64,000 nucleotides of DNA. It comes from Blepharisma stoltei ATCC 30299 (Eukaryota > Protista > Ciliophora). Positions 46,185-58,169 of this stretch are shown piece by piece. A program made the position numbers and the translations under genes. The stretch is taken from NCBI GenBank assembly GCA_965603825.1, contig CBFDEM010000062.1, positions 62,001-126,000 of the forward strand, written 5' to 3'. Below the pieces are notes generated by a model, which searched no databases, was not told the DNA's origin, and saw only the letters and a program-made list of their open reading frames with translations. Numbering within the stretch: the stretch's first letter is position 1; every line of letters starts with the position of its first letter.

Positions 46185-46395
46185 TTTTTTGTTTCATAAT
46201 TAAGATATAGAAAACTGGTAAATATACTTAAATTTATATTACGATTGTTTGTATAAGCACTTATAAAAATATTTTCGAGTAAATTTGCTCTAAAGAGAGG
46301 GATTTTTACTAATTAATAAATAATTTTGCTGTGTTGATCTTAAGGAAGACAAGTATTTTTGCATTGGTTGCAAACATAATCTTTTGCATAACATA

Positions 46396-46438
46396 TGTTT
46401 ATGAGGCAAAAATTGTGAGTTCGAACCTCACTGAAGCA
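46396..46438 (+). pseudogene. Degenerate tRNA 3' portion, resembling tRNA-Ile(UAU)
   Basis: TTATGA loop, perfect T-arm GTGAG-TTCGAAC-CTCAC, TGAAGCA then T-run; no matching 5' acceptor or D-arm. Confidence 0.45.
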
Positions 46439-46588
46439 CTTTTTATAACAAGTTTTAAATTTCAAAATTTTAATCAATATTTCTAACTAATTGAAAACTT
46501 ATTGAACATTTTTACTAATTTTACTTATATTACTATTATTTCCCAATAAACTCACAAAAATTCTAGCCATTTACAATCTAAATTACTA

Positions 46589-47785
46589 ATGAATTATCTG
46601 CGCACAATAGTCTCAGGGAAGAAGAAACGGCTTAAAGAAGACGGTTATGACCTTGACTTATCCTACGTAACCCAAAGGATAATCGCAATGTCAATACCTG
46701 CTGAAGGAATTCACAAAATATATCGAAACCCACTAGAATCTGTATCAAAATTCCTAAATGACAGACATCATCAAAAGTACAGGATTCTAAACTTATCAGG
46801 AATTCCTTATGATTATACAAAATTTGAAGGCACTGTCAGAGAATTCCCATGGGAAGATCATTATCCTCCTCCTATTGATCTCTTATTTAGTGCATGTGAA
46901 GACATGCACAGATGGCTTTCACATGATGTAGAAAACGTGGTATCAGTTAATTGTAGGGCTGGGAAAGGAAGGACTGGGACTTTGATTTGTTGTTATCTAA
47001 TATACTCAGGAAGGTTTATAGACCCTGACGAAGCATTAAATTACTACAAACAAAAGCGATTTACCAAAGGAGGAGGCGTAACCCAGCCATCCCAAATTCG
47101 CTATGTAAAATATTTTGCTGAGATTTTCCATGGAAAAGTAAAAAGTCCGCTAATTACTCTATTGACAAGGGTGCAATTAAAAACTTCTCCACATATAAAT
47201 GGGAATTCTTGCAAGCCCATTTTCGAAATTTTTAAAGAAGACCAACTAGTTTTCTCAAGCAAAGAAGACCAAAGAGATAGGCAAGTTCATATACAAGATT
47301 CATGGGATGATTTAATTACACATGATATTATTGCAATGAAGAGGGATTTAATTTTGCAAGGGGATATTTTGTGTAAACTTTCTAATTGAGGGTCGATTAA
47401 AATGAAGAAAATTTGTAGATTTTCGTTTAATACTGGATTTATTCGTTCTGAAAATTTAATTGTCTTGCCTAAGTCCGAACTAGACCCATGTAAATTCAAA
47501 AATAGCAAAAAAGTGTCTGAGCATTTTGCTGTAAATTTAATTTTTCAGGAGTTATGCAATTTCTGCACCTCCAGGATGGATTTAAATGAAAGATGTGATT
47601 TTTGTAAGAGAACTTTAAACCCTCGAGAAGTTGAAAAATGAAGCAGAATAAAAACAATTATTTTGGAAAGAGAAAACAATGACGGCACCATTTCTCTATT
47701 TGGAGATCCTTCATTTGACGATGTGGGGGCAGTGCTAAGTGAGGGATTCCAGCCACCTACAACTGAGTACGGTTTTTTAAATTAG
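46589..47785 (+). CDS. PTEN-like phosphoinositide phosphatase (398 aa)
   Basis: DLDLSY.T.RIIAM, DH.PP, NCRAGKGRTG, GVTQPSQ.RYV, C2 domain through TGA=Trp. Confidence 0.9.
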
Positions 47786-47822
47786 AAGAATATTAGAATA
47801 ATTAGCTAATTAATTTTGAGGC

Positions 47823-50800
47823 TTAGCTTGTATTAGTATCTATATCCATATCATCTTCTTTCTTATTTTCTTGTGCATTTTTTTTTTTTACTGTGATTTT
47901 TACGCTTTTTTCTTTTTCTGGTTCATATCTACTAGTATAGCTACTTATATAAGAGCTTGTTGATTTTGGCATATATTTTGCTTTTTCTTCTTTTGTCATG
48001 TCTCTTAAGATATCTCTGCTGTCTTTGATACTAAATATTTCTTACATGAAAAGTGTACCATCAGAGCTCAGATGCCATGGCTGTGTTGACATATAATGAT
48101 AATTATTATATGTGCTAATAAAATCCTCAGTCAGCAATTCTCCTCTAATAAAGCTCCACGAATACGTAATTTTTGCTACCTCAATATTTTCTTGAGGGAT
48201 ATTATAAATTTCACTTAATTTTGTGCCGAAATCTGAAAGTCTCCAATGCTTATTCACCACAACCTCCTTTGGAGTTGACAATTCCCAAGTAGACGGGCAC
48301 CATCTCCTCACGACCACCAGCAATTCATAATAATCCAAAGCCTTTTCTTCTTCCTCTAAAATCTGAATCCCAATATTTTTCCTATCAAAAGTATGATAAA
48401 TATTTAAACTGTCATCATTCATATATGGTTTCGCTAATTTTTCATTGACTTTTTCCCTCAATCTAATATTGAGTGGATTTAACTCCCATTCTGGATGGAT
48501 TTTTTTTAATTTTTCATAGATGATCTTCTTAATATCAATGATTTTTGCTTTTAAATTAACCGAAATTTCAAAGGTATCTTCAAAGCTAAACACAACCCCA
48601 TCGTTTTCCCCATCTTTAGGTGGTACCGCAACTGAAAAAACGAGCCTAATTTCATTAGGATTTGCAGGTATTCCTTTTTCTATATAAATATAAGAACTAT
48701 TCATAATATTGGCGATGCTGAGTTTTAAAGTCATGTCTTTTAGCTCGCTGCCATATAAGCTGCCTCTTTTCATAATAAATCCATTTTCAGGGATATTTAA
48801 ATGTGAAGAAATTAAAGCTTTAAGGTCAGCCAAAGTTTTCTGTGAATGGATTGTGACAAATTCTTTGAAATCTGGAGAAGAATATTTAGTGACTTGGTCA
48901 GGGTTATTGAACTTAATTACAAGCTTATTTGACTCTTTTTCGAACTCAATCTGCCACTTGGACTTTGCTGTAATATCGTCCATTTCTTCAACAAAAAGTG
49001 TGGAGCCATCATACACTCTTGAAAATGCTAAAGTTTGGTCTAAATAATGTTTAAGTGACAGCACTTCTGTCTGTGATGTCATGGTGACAAAACTTTTTTT
49101 CAGGACTTTTTGCTTATTAAAAGGAATCCCGAATTTTTCTTCAAAAAGTGTCATCATTTGTCGAATCGTGCATCTTTTGTCAATTAAAAATTTTTTTGGG
49201 TTCGCGATTTTTTGGTCATATGGGATATCATCATTTGCGTATTTATCATCCCACACATTGACTTTTATTGTATATTTACTCGGGTCATAGTCTTCAAAAA
49301 CCTCATCACTTTTTTTAGTCTCCAAAGCTAGTATTTTTTGAGAAAAAACATTTTCGCTTTCTATTGAATTTTCTTCATTAAGGACTTCTTGGTATGTATC
49401 ATAATATTGGCTGTAATTTCTAACCCTCACATTTTGTTCTTCTTCAGCATGGATCTTAAAATCTTCCATTGCTTTAATTTTCAGTTCTCTGATCAGCATT
49501 TCTCTATTGATTTCAAGCTCTTTTTCTTTCCCTTGATAAAAAATCCTCAGCTTAATATTTTTTCTTTTTTCTTCTCTTGCATTCATTTCTTCTCTTTCTT
49601 TATTTCTCTCAAGCTCAATTTCTTCTAAAATATAAGGCGGGATTTCTGAGTCCTCAACCCTCAAAATATTGCGGCTTTCGTCAACTTTTCGATACATAAG
49701 GAGATAGGCATTTGTGGAATAAGAGCTTGACCATCCATAACTTTTGGTTTCCCCGCCAAATACTTTTTCTATGTCTTTTTCGTCAATTTCTTTTACAGAA
49801 GAGTCATCAAAATCATACCATCTTTCAGTCTCAAAAGACTTTATATAAGCATAATAATGCCCGCCGTTAGCAGACCCTGAATGAATCATGATGGAATAAA
49901 GCTCATAGACATCTTCTCCGTCTTCTCTGTATTTGTGGATCATTTTGGCTCTTTCATGCTTTTTTTCTTCAGCTCTCATGGCTATGTGTTTTTCCTTAGC
50001 CACTTTGTCAAGTTTTAAAGGTTTTTTGTCAAAATCCCCTATAATGGCGTCATAAGCATTAATTTTGCTATGGACTAATTGCAGATTGTCAAGGTTTTGA
50101 GGGATTATCATAGGAGTTTCTTCTTCTTCAGAATCTTCTGACTCAATTTCTATTCTTTCAGGGTCTCCATGTGGGATTTCTCTTACAAATGGGTTCATAT
50201 TCAAAATCTGCGGAAAAGTGACCTTATCATTTAATTTTATCCTCTGAAAAGTCTCATAGTCTAAGTCAAACCTTTTCAGCTGCAATACCAAAATATATGG
50301 CAACGACTTAAATTTCAGCCCTTTTATGGCATCTTGTTTTCCCCCACAATGTTCACAGTAATACTGATTGCTCCCAGTCAGCTCTTCAGGCCTTATATAA
50401 TTTGCTAGTGCTTTTTCTATCGAGTCATTGTAAATTTTATCGAAATCGTTTCGGACAGTTAAGCTAAGATCCAGGAATTTGTCCTCTCTAGAGCTTTCTT
50501 TTAAGCAATTTAAGCATTTTACATAGTCTATGTAGCTTCCTTCATATAAGTTTTTTATCATGTTAGCTTGGTCAGTGCTTTCAACACTTTGTTCAATAGC
50601 GTCAAACAGAACTCGACAGAATTCTTGGACATCGTGTTGTTGGAAGCCATCCCGCATGTCCCATTGGAAACTTTTGGTCAGTCCTGTGGTTTCGATATAG
50701 TGGTATTCTCGCAGTTGAAGCTTACTGAAAAGCAATTGAAGCTGCAAAGGGATACAATCTTCTTTTTCACCATGGCGATCTTGATTATATTGCCATTTGT

Positions 50801-50948
50801 AAAGCTCTTTGCGGAAATCGCAGGACATGAATAAGGTTTGGAGAAGACTGTTCATGTAGCAGGTTGCTCCTTGGTTTGATAAGCCGACGTAGCTTTTTTT
50901 ATCTTGCTGAAGGGATCCCCATGTATCGTAATATCTTGTTGAATACAT
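47823..50948 (-). CDS. Ubiquitin-specific protease, USP47/USP40-like (~1036 aa)
   Basis: GL.NQGATCYMNS, QHDVQE, HSG...GGHY, FDD; Ubl-type tail; intron 48031-48045. Confidence 0.9.
48031..48045 (-). other. 15-nt intron GTAAGAAATATTTAG
   Basis: Removal extends the frame to TAA at 47823. Confidence 0.85.
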
Positions 50949-51320
50949 ATTTTTTCTTATAAATCTAAAAATATATCCTATCTTCCTTCTAAAAATTGTT
51001 ATGATTTTCAAAATTTCACCAAAATTGTTCTTTACCCTTCTATCATTTTGCTGATTTTTTATCTTATAACACTTTATTTAGCCACTATCAGTTTCGCCAT
51101 TTCATCAGTTATGCCAGATTATGAAATTTCTCAATTTCATAAAATCTAGGCCAATATCAGTCTATTTTAAATTTAATTAAATTTTTGATATAATTGATTT
51201 ATTATATTCTATTAAAAATAAGAAATTTGCGCATTTGGATTTAAGATGCCAGGAAAAAAAGAATGCTTAACGTGTGATGAAAAATGGTCTCCGATATAAT
51301 TTGTAAAAATTTAGCATAAA

Positions 51321-51545
51321 ATGGGCTGCAGTGTTATAAGCAAGGTTAATGTGAAGTTGATAGAAAAAGAAGGGGAAACGGCTTCTCGGAATGCATCTAA
51401 TTTACAGCTAGTTCGGAACAGCGAAATTAATCAGTCTGCAAGAAAAGACTCAAATGCATCATTAAATTTTGAGATGGATGGTAACGTCTACACGATTAAA
51501 GTTTCATTTGTAGGCACACCAAACTCATCAAATATTTTACAATAA
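51321..51545 (+). CDS. Small putative acylated protein
   Basis: MGCSVIS N-terminus, 74 aa. Confidence 0.45.
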   Translation: MGCSVISKVNVKLIEKEGETASRNASNLQLVRNSEINQSARKDSNASLNFEMDGNVYTIKVSFVGTPNSSNILQ

Positions 51546-51786
51546 TTTGACACATATATTATAAAGCAATGCAACTAGAGGATAAAGTTAATTAAATTTT
51601 TGAATCATTTATTCTTTTGTATTTAAATAAAAGCGTTTCATTTCACTATTAAATTGACATCATTAAAATCACATTCCCTGCATAATATTTTTCGATTATT
51701 TTATAATTTATTTAAAATTTGTTCAGACCTCCTTTAATTGAAAAATTCTTTACTATATAATCAAATTAATTTACAAAATTTTAATT

Positions 51787-51859
51787 GGGAGTCTAGCTCA
51801 AATGGTAGAGCGCTTGCTTAGCATGCAAGAGGCACGGGGATCGATACCCCGGTCTTCCA
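51787..51859 (+). tRNA. tRNA-Ala(AGC)
   Basis: Full cloverleaf, G3:U70 pair, anticodon loop TTAGCAT, ATCG T-loop, downstream T-run. Confidence 0.95.
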
Positions 51860-52149
51860 TTTTTTATTGCATCGCAAAATCCCTTTGCTTTTTTATCTAC
51901 CATCTATTAAATTGTCAAACCCTACTGATTTTTAACAGAAAAGCTCTTTTTTGATTTTTTATTCTTCATCATTTCTACCACTATCTCATATCATAAAAAA
52001 ATGGCTAAATCCAAGTTTTAAATTTCTTAAATTTTCTTATAATTTATCCCTTTATTTATTAGTTATTAAAGACTTAATATATTATCAGCTTGGCAAAAAG
52101 ACGCCACATCATTCAGTAATTATAACTAATAAAGAAAGCTCAATTCAAA

Positions 52150-54027
52150 ATGGTCAAGAAATCAATCATCAGCAAACATATAATTCATTACTCTTACAGA
52201 GAACCAGTGTATGGCATAATATTAATAGAAGATGAAGACATCAAATCGATACAAATTTTCGATGAGACTGTAAATATTGATGCAGTCATTTCGAGGTACC
52301 AAAGCTGAAACCCAATGAATTTTGGGGATTTTTACATATCTCCTGGGATAATAGATATCGGCATTAGGCCAGAGTTCGAGAATTTGCAAAATACAAGCAG
52401 AATGGCCGCCTCTGGAGGGGTGACTTTTTTCCTTGAAGAAAAACCTTTATATAACGAAGAAATCACTGAAAATCACAGCGATCTTTGCTGTGATATTGGC
52501 TCACTACTTCGCATTGATGATGAAAAATGCAATATTGACGAACTTAAACAAAAATCCCACCCATTTGCAATTAAAGCTTACCTCTCCCAGCCATCTGCAA
52601 TTGTGAATGCTGTATCAGACTTGCCAAGCCTATTTTTTAAAGCCCAAAAGACTGGTTTGCCACTAATTCTAGACCCCTCATTGCCAAACCAGAGGATGCT
52701 TTATATGGCATCTCCATGTAGATTTTTGAGAATCAATGAAAGAATAAGTCAAGATACCTCAAAAGATCTACGATACTTAGCAGCTGCTTTCCCAGATAGC
52801 ATTGACTCTGAAAGTGACGATGACGAGATTACCTTAAATTTTGAAAATAAAAATAGGAGAAGAGCTTCAGAGCCATTAGTTCCGATTTTTCAAGAAGATG
52901 GGCAACCAGTCAAAAGAATGAAGGTAGAAGATAAAGTGAATTACTCTTTAGACGAAAGCGCAATAGAAAAAATTGAGTCTCCCAATATGATTATTGAGAA
53001 CTCAAGCCCAGAACAAAGTACAGTGAATAGCATAGAATATAGAATTAAAGTAATAGAAGAAAGCATTGAAAACTTAAGCAAAGCTGAACAGCTCTCATAC
53101 CAAAACTCCGGTATCACTTCTTATACAGACCCCCAGCGTCGAAGAAGTGTCTCAGTTTGCTATTTCAATACAAACTCAGCAGAAGAAGCTGAATCCCCAG
53201 CTAAAAAAAGACTAGAAGGCTTCCGGCCTAACCCACTTATTTTATCTACAGATTCAAGTCCCCACAATGATGATTTATATATAGTGTATATCGCAAATAT
53301 TCCTGATAAATGGGAAATAGCTGGCGTGGACAAAATTCTCCAAGCTTTTAGCACCCAGAAATGCAAGCTTCATATAGCCAACCTATCAAGTGCAAGCTCA
53401 GTCAATAAAATCCGCCATGCTAAGCTGCCAGCTACCTTTTTCAGCTGTGATACTGCTTCAAGCTATTTATGCTTTAATGACCAAGATATAGGAAAAGGTG
53501 ATACAAGGTTCAAGGATTTTCCACCAATCAGGACAAAAGCAAATTCTGACTTGTTATGGGATTTATTGAAGCTTAAAGACATAAAAATGATTTCTTCTCA
53601 TCATGCTTCAATTCCAAACCGCTATAAGCAGCTAGACAGCGGAAGTTTTAGAAAATCCTTAAGTGGAGTTAACAACCTTGGGTTTAATTTACAGTCAATT
53701 TGGACCCACCTTATGAAAAAGCCTAACTTGGAGCCTCTCAGAGAGCGCTATTTAGTCAACATGTCTAAGTGACTATCTTTATACCCTGCCCAGCTGTTAG
53801 GAATCGACACCAAACGAGGGTCCATTTCTATAGGCCAACATGCCGACTTAATCATATGGAAACCCTATGAAGCCACCACAGGAAAATCCTACTCAGAGTA
53901 CAAGGAAACTTGTATATACCAAAACTCCTCATTGTATGGGAAAATCTCCAAAGTGATGATAAGAGGGAAATTCGTTTATAACGAAGGCACTTTTTATCCG
54001 AACGGCAGATTTGTAAATAATGCTTAA
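52150..54027 (+). CDS. Allantoinase/dihydroorotase-like amidohydrolase homolog, degenerate active site (625 aa)
   Basis: A.SGGVT, PPIR, PA..LG...RG.I..G..ADL.IW through TGA=Trp; HxH replaced in PGIIDIGIR. Confidence 0.8.
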
Positions 54028-54049
54028 TTTAATCCCCATTTAAATTAAC

Positions 54050-56740
54050 TTAAACTTCTTCTTCAGCTTCTTCTAAAGGCTTATGCAGCTCAGGATGAGA
54101 GTCCATATATTCATACCCTCTGCCGCCTTCTGCAAATTCTTGCTCTAAAACCATCAAAAGTTCTTTTAATAAATTTCCACAGGCCTGTGGGACTGGGTAA
54201 GGCAGTTTTAGTATTTCTTTTATAGTGCAGCGGATGCCTTGCCTTTGTGGGACTTTTTCCCAAAATTCTTCACTTATGGCTTCAGCTGTAAAATTGTTAG
54301 AAATTGTTTGGGCGACGATTTTTCGAACAAATGGGTGGGAATCGTGAAGGCCGAGAAGCAAAGAGCGGAAGGTAGAAGGGCCGAAGAGCCCAAGACCTTT
54401 GGCAGCTTGGGCACGGATTTGAGGGTTTTGGTCTTTGGTTAAGGCTTCGATTAGCATCAGCTGTCCTTGTGGGCCGAGAAGGACTATACATTTCATAGCT
54501 GTATCTTTTACTTCGACAGCTGGGTCGTTAAGGAATCGGAAATACAGAGGCAGCAGGCTTCTTGGCTTTAGATAAGTGATTTGGTTTTTAGCTCGCTCTG
54601 AAAGGGTGTTTAAAGCTAAAAACACTTCTTTTCTGACTGCTGGCATCCTGTCGTTAGATAGCCTGAATAAAGTTTCGACTACAAAATCAATGTTATTGTG
54701 GTAAATATTTGCTTGAGATAATGCTTTTACAGCACCAGTCCTAAGGGTGATATTAGAATTTGGCTCATGGTTCAATAAATCAATTAATAATCTTTCTCCT
54801 TGTGGCCCAAGTCTGACTATAGTTTCTGCTACAGTTCCTCTATTAATCGACCCATCTCTTAAAATCTTAAATAAAACAGGGATTGCTTTTTGAGCTATAT
54901 TTTGCCCTGTACTGGCTAATGATATACATGCAGCTGTCCTTACTTTCCAATACCCATCTTTAAGCAGCTCTATAAGCCCAGGCCCCGCTCTATAAGCAGC
55001 TGGTCCTAATCTCCCTAATGCCCATGCTGCCATAGTCCTCACCTGTGGGGAGGCATCCTTCAGTAGTTTTATTAAAAAATTCGCAGAATCCGCTGCTTCA
55101 GGCAGCCCAATAAACCCTAGTGCATAAGTACAGGTTTCTCTGACGCCCTCAAATGGGTCTTTTAGCCCTCCACACAACGCTTGTATGGCGTTTATTGAAA
55201 TATTAGGAGACTCCTCAGTTTGGGCTTCACTTACACAAGGCATTATAGGAAGATTTGGGAAAACTTCGCCTAAATCTTCTTCAGACTCTCGTTTTATCCA
55301 CCTTTGGAGACATGCTAAAAAGTCACGGGCGTTTATTTCTAATATAGCGTCGTCTTCTTCGCTTTGGACTATTACTGGGGTAAGTGGCCCTTTATAAGTG
55401 CAGATAGTCCCTGGGAAAGTTCGCTGCTCATAAGTAATTGAATCATTAATTACTCTAATTTCAAGTTGCCTAGGACGAATTGGGACTCTCCAGCACAGCG
55501 CAGCAGCACTTGCCATTCTAATTTTTGGTGCATCGCTTTGTCTCAGCAATTTTATCAGTGTTTGTTCTCCGATATTCCCACATGCCCTAATGGTACAGGC
55601 TATAAGCTGCCTATCAACTGAGCCTTCTTCCATCAAAGTTAATAAGACAGGCAATGCTCCACCTTCCCAAACTACTGAATACATACGGTTTAAAGCGGCT
55701 ACAGCTTGAGTTCTTAAGGTAGAATCAGGGCTTAATGCATCTTGGGATAAGGCTGGGACTATAATTTGCCGTTGTATAGCATTAGTTAATGCAAGTTTGT
55801 CAAGCAGCCAAATTTGTAAGTGTGGGTAGTCTTTTGAAGCGAGTCTTATTAAAGCATCGACACCATGGAATCCAAGTCTACATAGGCAAGCAAAAGCAGC
55901 TTGGTGAATATTCATGTATTCTGAGGTCTCATCGTGCACAACCATTGATACAAATAAAGGGATTTGGTCTAAGGTCATTGGATGTGGACCTAAACTTCCT
56001 ATGATATCTAGAGCACATTCAGTGAAATCTGGCTCGTGCTCGTCCCACCTCATTAAAACGTTTAGAACTTCGCCGATAATGATTTCTTTAGCGTTGTTTG
56101 TGATATTTTCTGTTTCTATTAGTTCGTGAATCCCTTGCAGCCCTGCTAATTTTATTTCTTTGCTAGGGTTTTCTAAGCAGCTACTGTATTTTGCTATTTT
56201 TTCTTCAATTGGGTATTTTTCTAAATCTTTAAACTCGCTTGATCTCCTCAAACTTTCTATACTTCTATGCAACTTATCAGCTTTTTCCACAAATGGGACA
56301 GCTTCTTCATGGTAATTTTTGAATTTTTTGGCTGTGATTAAATCAACATTTCCCTTTGTATAAAATTCTGGGGATTCTTCTCTTTGAGATATACTCATTT
56401 TATGCTGTAAAAGCTTAAGTCGCTTTTTTTGTGATGGAGACCGGACTGACAGTTCTTCATCAAAAACTTTTGAGAGAAGAACTTCTGATGGCGCAGGAAC
56501 AGAAACTGGCAAATTGTACTGGGAATTTGAAAGATATGAGTCTTTGTTGAAAAGACGTGATGATGGCTTTTGATCGCGAGAATATTTTGGTTCATATGCA
56601 GAAGCTGGCCTTTGACGGGAATAGGAGTGCTGCGCCTGAGGAGGAGACTGAGAATGGTCTTGATAAGCGTCTGGAGAGTAGTCTTCGATAGGCTGCATAT
56701 CATTTTCTTCAGCTTCTGGAGAGGAGTATTGGAAACTCAT
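54050..56740 (-). CDS. HEAT/PBS-lyase repeat protein
   Basis: Many L.D....VR..AA.ALG repeats; probable ATG at 56740. Confidence 0.85.
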   Translation of the reverse strand: MSFQYSSPEAEENDMQPIEDYSPDAYQDHSQSPPQAQHSYSRQRPASAYEPKYSRDQKPSSRLFNKDSYLSNSQYNLPVSVPAPSEVLLSKVFDEELSVRSPSQKKRLKLLQHKMSISQREESPEFYTKGNVDLITAKKFKNYHEEAVPFVEKADKLHRSIESLRRSSEFKDLEKYPIEEKIAKYSSCLENPSKEIKLAGLQGIHELIETENITNNAKEIIIGEVLNVLMRWDEHEPDFTECALDIIGSLGPHPMTLDQIPLFVSMVVHDETSEYMNIHQAAFACLCRLGFHGVDALIRLASKDYPHLQIWLLDKLALTNAIQRQIIVPALSQDALSPDSTLRTQAVAALNRMYSVVWEGGALPVLLTLMEEGSVDRQLIACTIRACGNIGEQTLIKLLRQSDAPKIRMASAAALCWRVPIRPRQLEIRVINDSITYEQRTFPGTICTYKGPLTPVIVQSEEDDAILEINARDFLACLQRWIKRESEEDLGEVFPNLPIMPCVSEAQTEESPNISINAIQALCGGLKDPFEGVRETCTYALGFIGLPEAADSANFLIKLLKDASPQVRTMAAWALGRLGPAAYRAGPGLIELLKDGYWKVRTAACISLASTGQNIAQKAIPVLFKILRDGSINRGTVAETIVRLGPQGERLLIDLLNHEPNSNITLRTGAVKALSQANIYHNNIDFVVETLFRLSNDRMPAVRKEVFLALNTLSERAKNQITYLKPRSLLPLYFRFLNDPAVEVKDTAMKCIVLLGPQGQLMLIEALTKDQNPQIRAQAAKGLGLFGPSTFRSLLLGLHDSHPFVRKIVAQTISNNFTAEAISEEFWEKVPQRQGIRCTIKEILKLPYPVPQACGNLLKELLMVLEQEFAEGGRGYEYMDSHPELHKPLEEAEEEV

Positions 56741-56868
56741 AAAATTAAATATGACGATTGAAAGTTTGCGATTCAAATTTTGAGGGGAATATTTTTAGCT
56801 AGAAAATAATTGAAATTTTACAAGAAATCTATGCAAATTATATTAGGGATAATAAAATCTGTGATTAG

Positions 56869-58137
56869 TTATGGCTGCTGCTTTATTTCTTCATTTCTTT
56901 TCGGAATTATTTGTAACCTAAGGATATCACTTTCAAAAACGCCTACTCCTGCTTGGAGCATCGCAGCCATGCATCGAGCTATATTTGTAACATCATCAAT
57001 TCCAGAATGATGCCTTCCTACGTGCTCGATTTCTAGTAAACTTATCATTCCCATCATTCCTTTTGCCATAAATGAAGGGAAAATTTTTTTGATATTCATT
57101 CAGCTATAAAAATAAGGAGCAAGCTGATAATTTTTATATTTAGCTTCTTTTTGGAGACAAGTCTTTAAATCCCAATCTCCACAAGTAAGAAACGACCATT
57201 TTTTGCTTGATAGGCCAGTTTCTTCTAAAAATTCATGAAACTTCCCCAAAGCTTCTAATAGTGGAATTCCTGCATCAACCATATTTTGAGTAATCCCAGT
57301 CAATTGTGTGCAAAAAGCTGAGAGATCTGGTACAACATCAGGCTTAATATAATAGTGAAAAGTATGGTCAATCTGCAGAGTTTTTGTATTTAAAGCTTGA
57401 ACTGGAAACTCAATAATTTCTTGGCATTTTAATTCTCCATTCTCTATACAATTTGCTTCAAAATCTAGTACTAAAAAGTAGTCTAACTCTAACGGTTTCC
57501 ATTCAAATGGTGTTTCTACTCTATCTATATAAATTTTTTTGAAATATTTTGGCGATAAAAATCCTTTAATCCCAGAGGTCAGTATCACTGAATTCGAAGA
57601 AATAAAAAATTTTACCCCATCTTGCATAGCTTTTTCTATATCAATTTCAATAAAAACAGTGCAGTTACTTCGAGCTCCGCTTATAACTTGCCCATTTTCT
57701 GGAAATCCAGGCGCGAAATGTATATGATTTCTCCTCATCCTATATAATCCCCTTTTCATTATAGTAAGCCATGATTTTTTGTCAGTACCATGGACCACCA
57801 CAGGATATATGCTAGGGTCTGTAATTTCTGTCAATAAATCTTCATCTTTTACGATATTTATGGTATGGCCTTGATTGGCTCTTATCCACTGCATTCCATC
57901 AATTTCAGCTAAATCAAATCGTTTTTTGTCATTTTCAGCGACCACTTGTTTTATATGCTCTTCAGTCCATTTAGAAAATCTTTGGTGGGCAAGTAACTCA
58001 TCGACCCTGACAAATCCTGCTGAGGTCATAGCAAGCCCAAGCTCGCCAATTCCATGTCTGAGTGCCCAAGAAAGAGATTTAGATAATTTTACCATTTCAT
58101 TATCTCCTACTCTTCGAGCTTTTCCTCTGCGGTTCAT
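56869..58137 (-). CDS. Tpt1/KptA RNA 2'-phosphotransferase fused to ERI1-family DEDDh 3'-5' exonuclease (422 aa)
   Basis: LRH, KKRF, IRANQGH, HGT, MRRNHIH; then LDFEA.C, EIIEFP, CGDWDL, YF.SW.NIKK (W=TGA), GRHHSGIDD..NIA. Confidence 0.92.
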
Positions 58138-58169
58138 TAAAAGGGTTTATTATAACAGATCATATTAGA

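Noticed and set aside
46950-46985. PTEN as a pseudophosphatase (NC instead of HC)
   Set aside because: Catalytic Cys and Arg of CX5R and the DH loop are retained
50949-51011. N-terminal extension of the USP from a TTG start
   Set aside because: AT-rich UTR-like sequence; ATG at 50948 is the more plausible start
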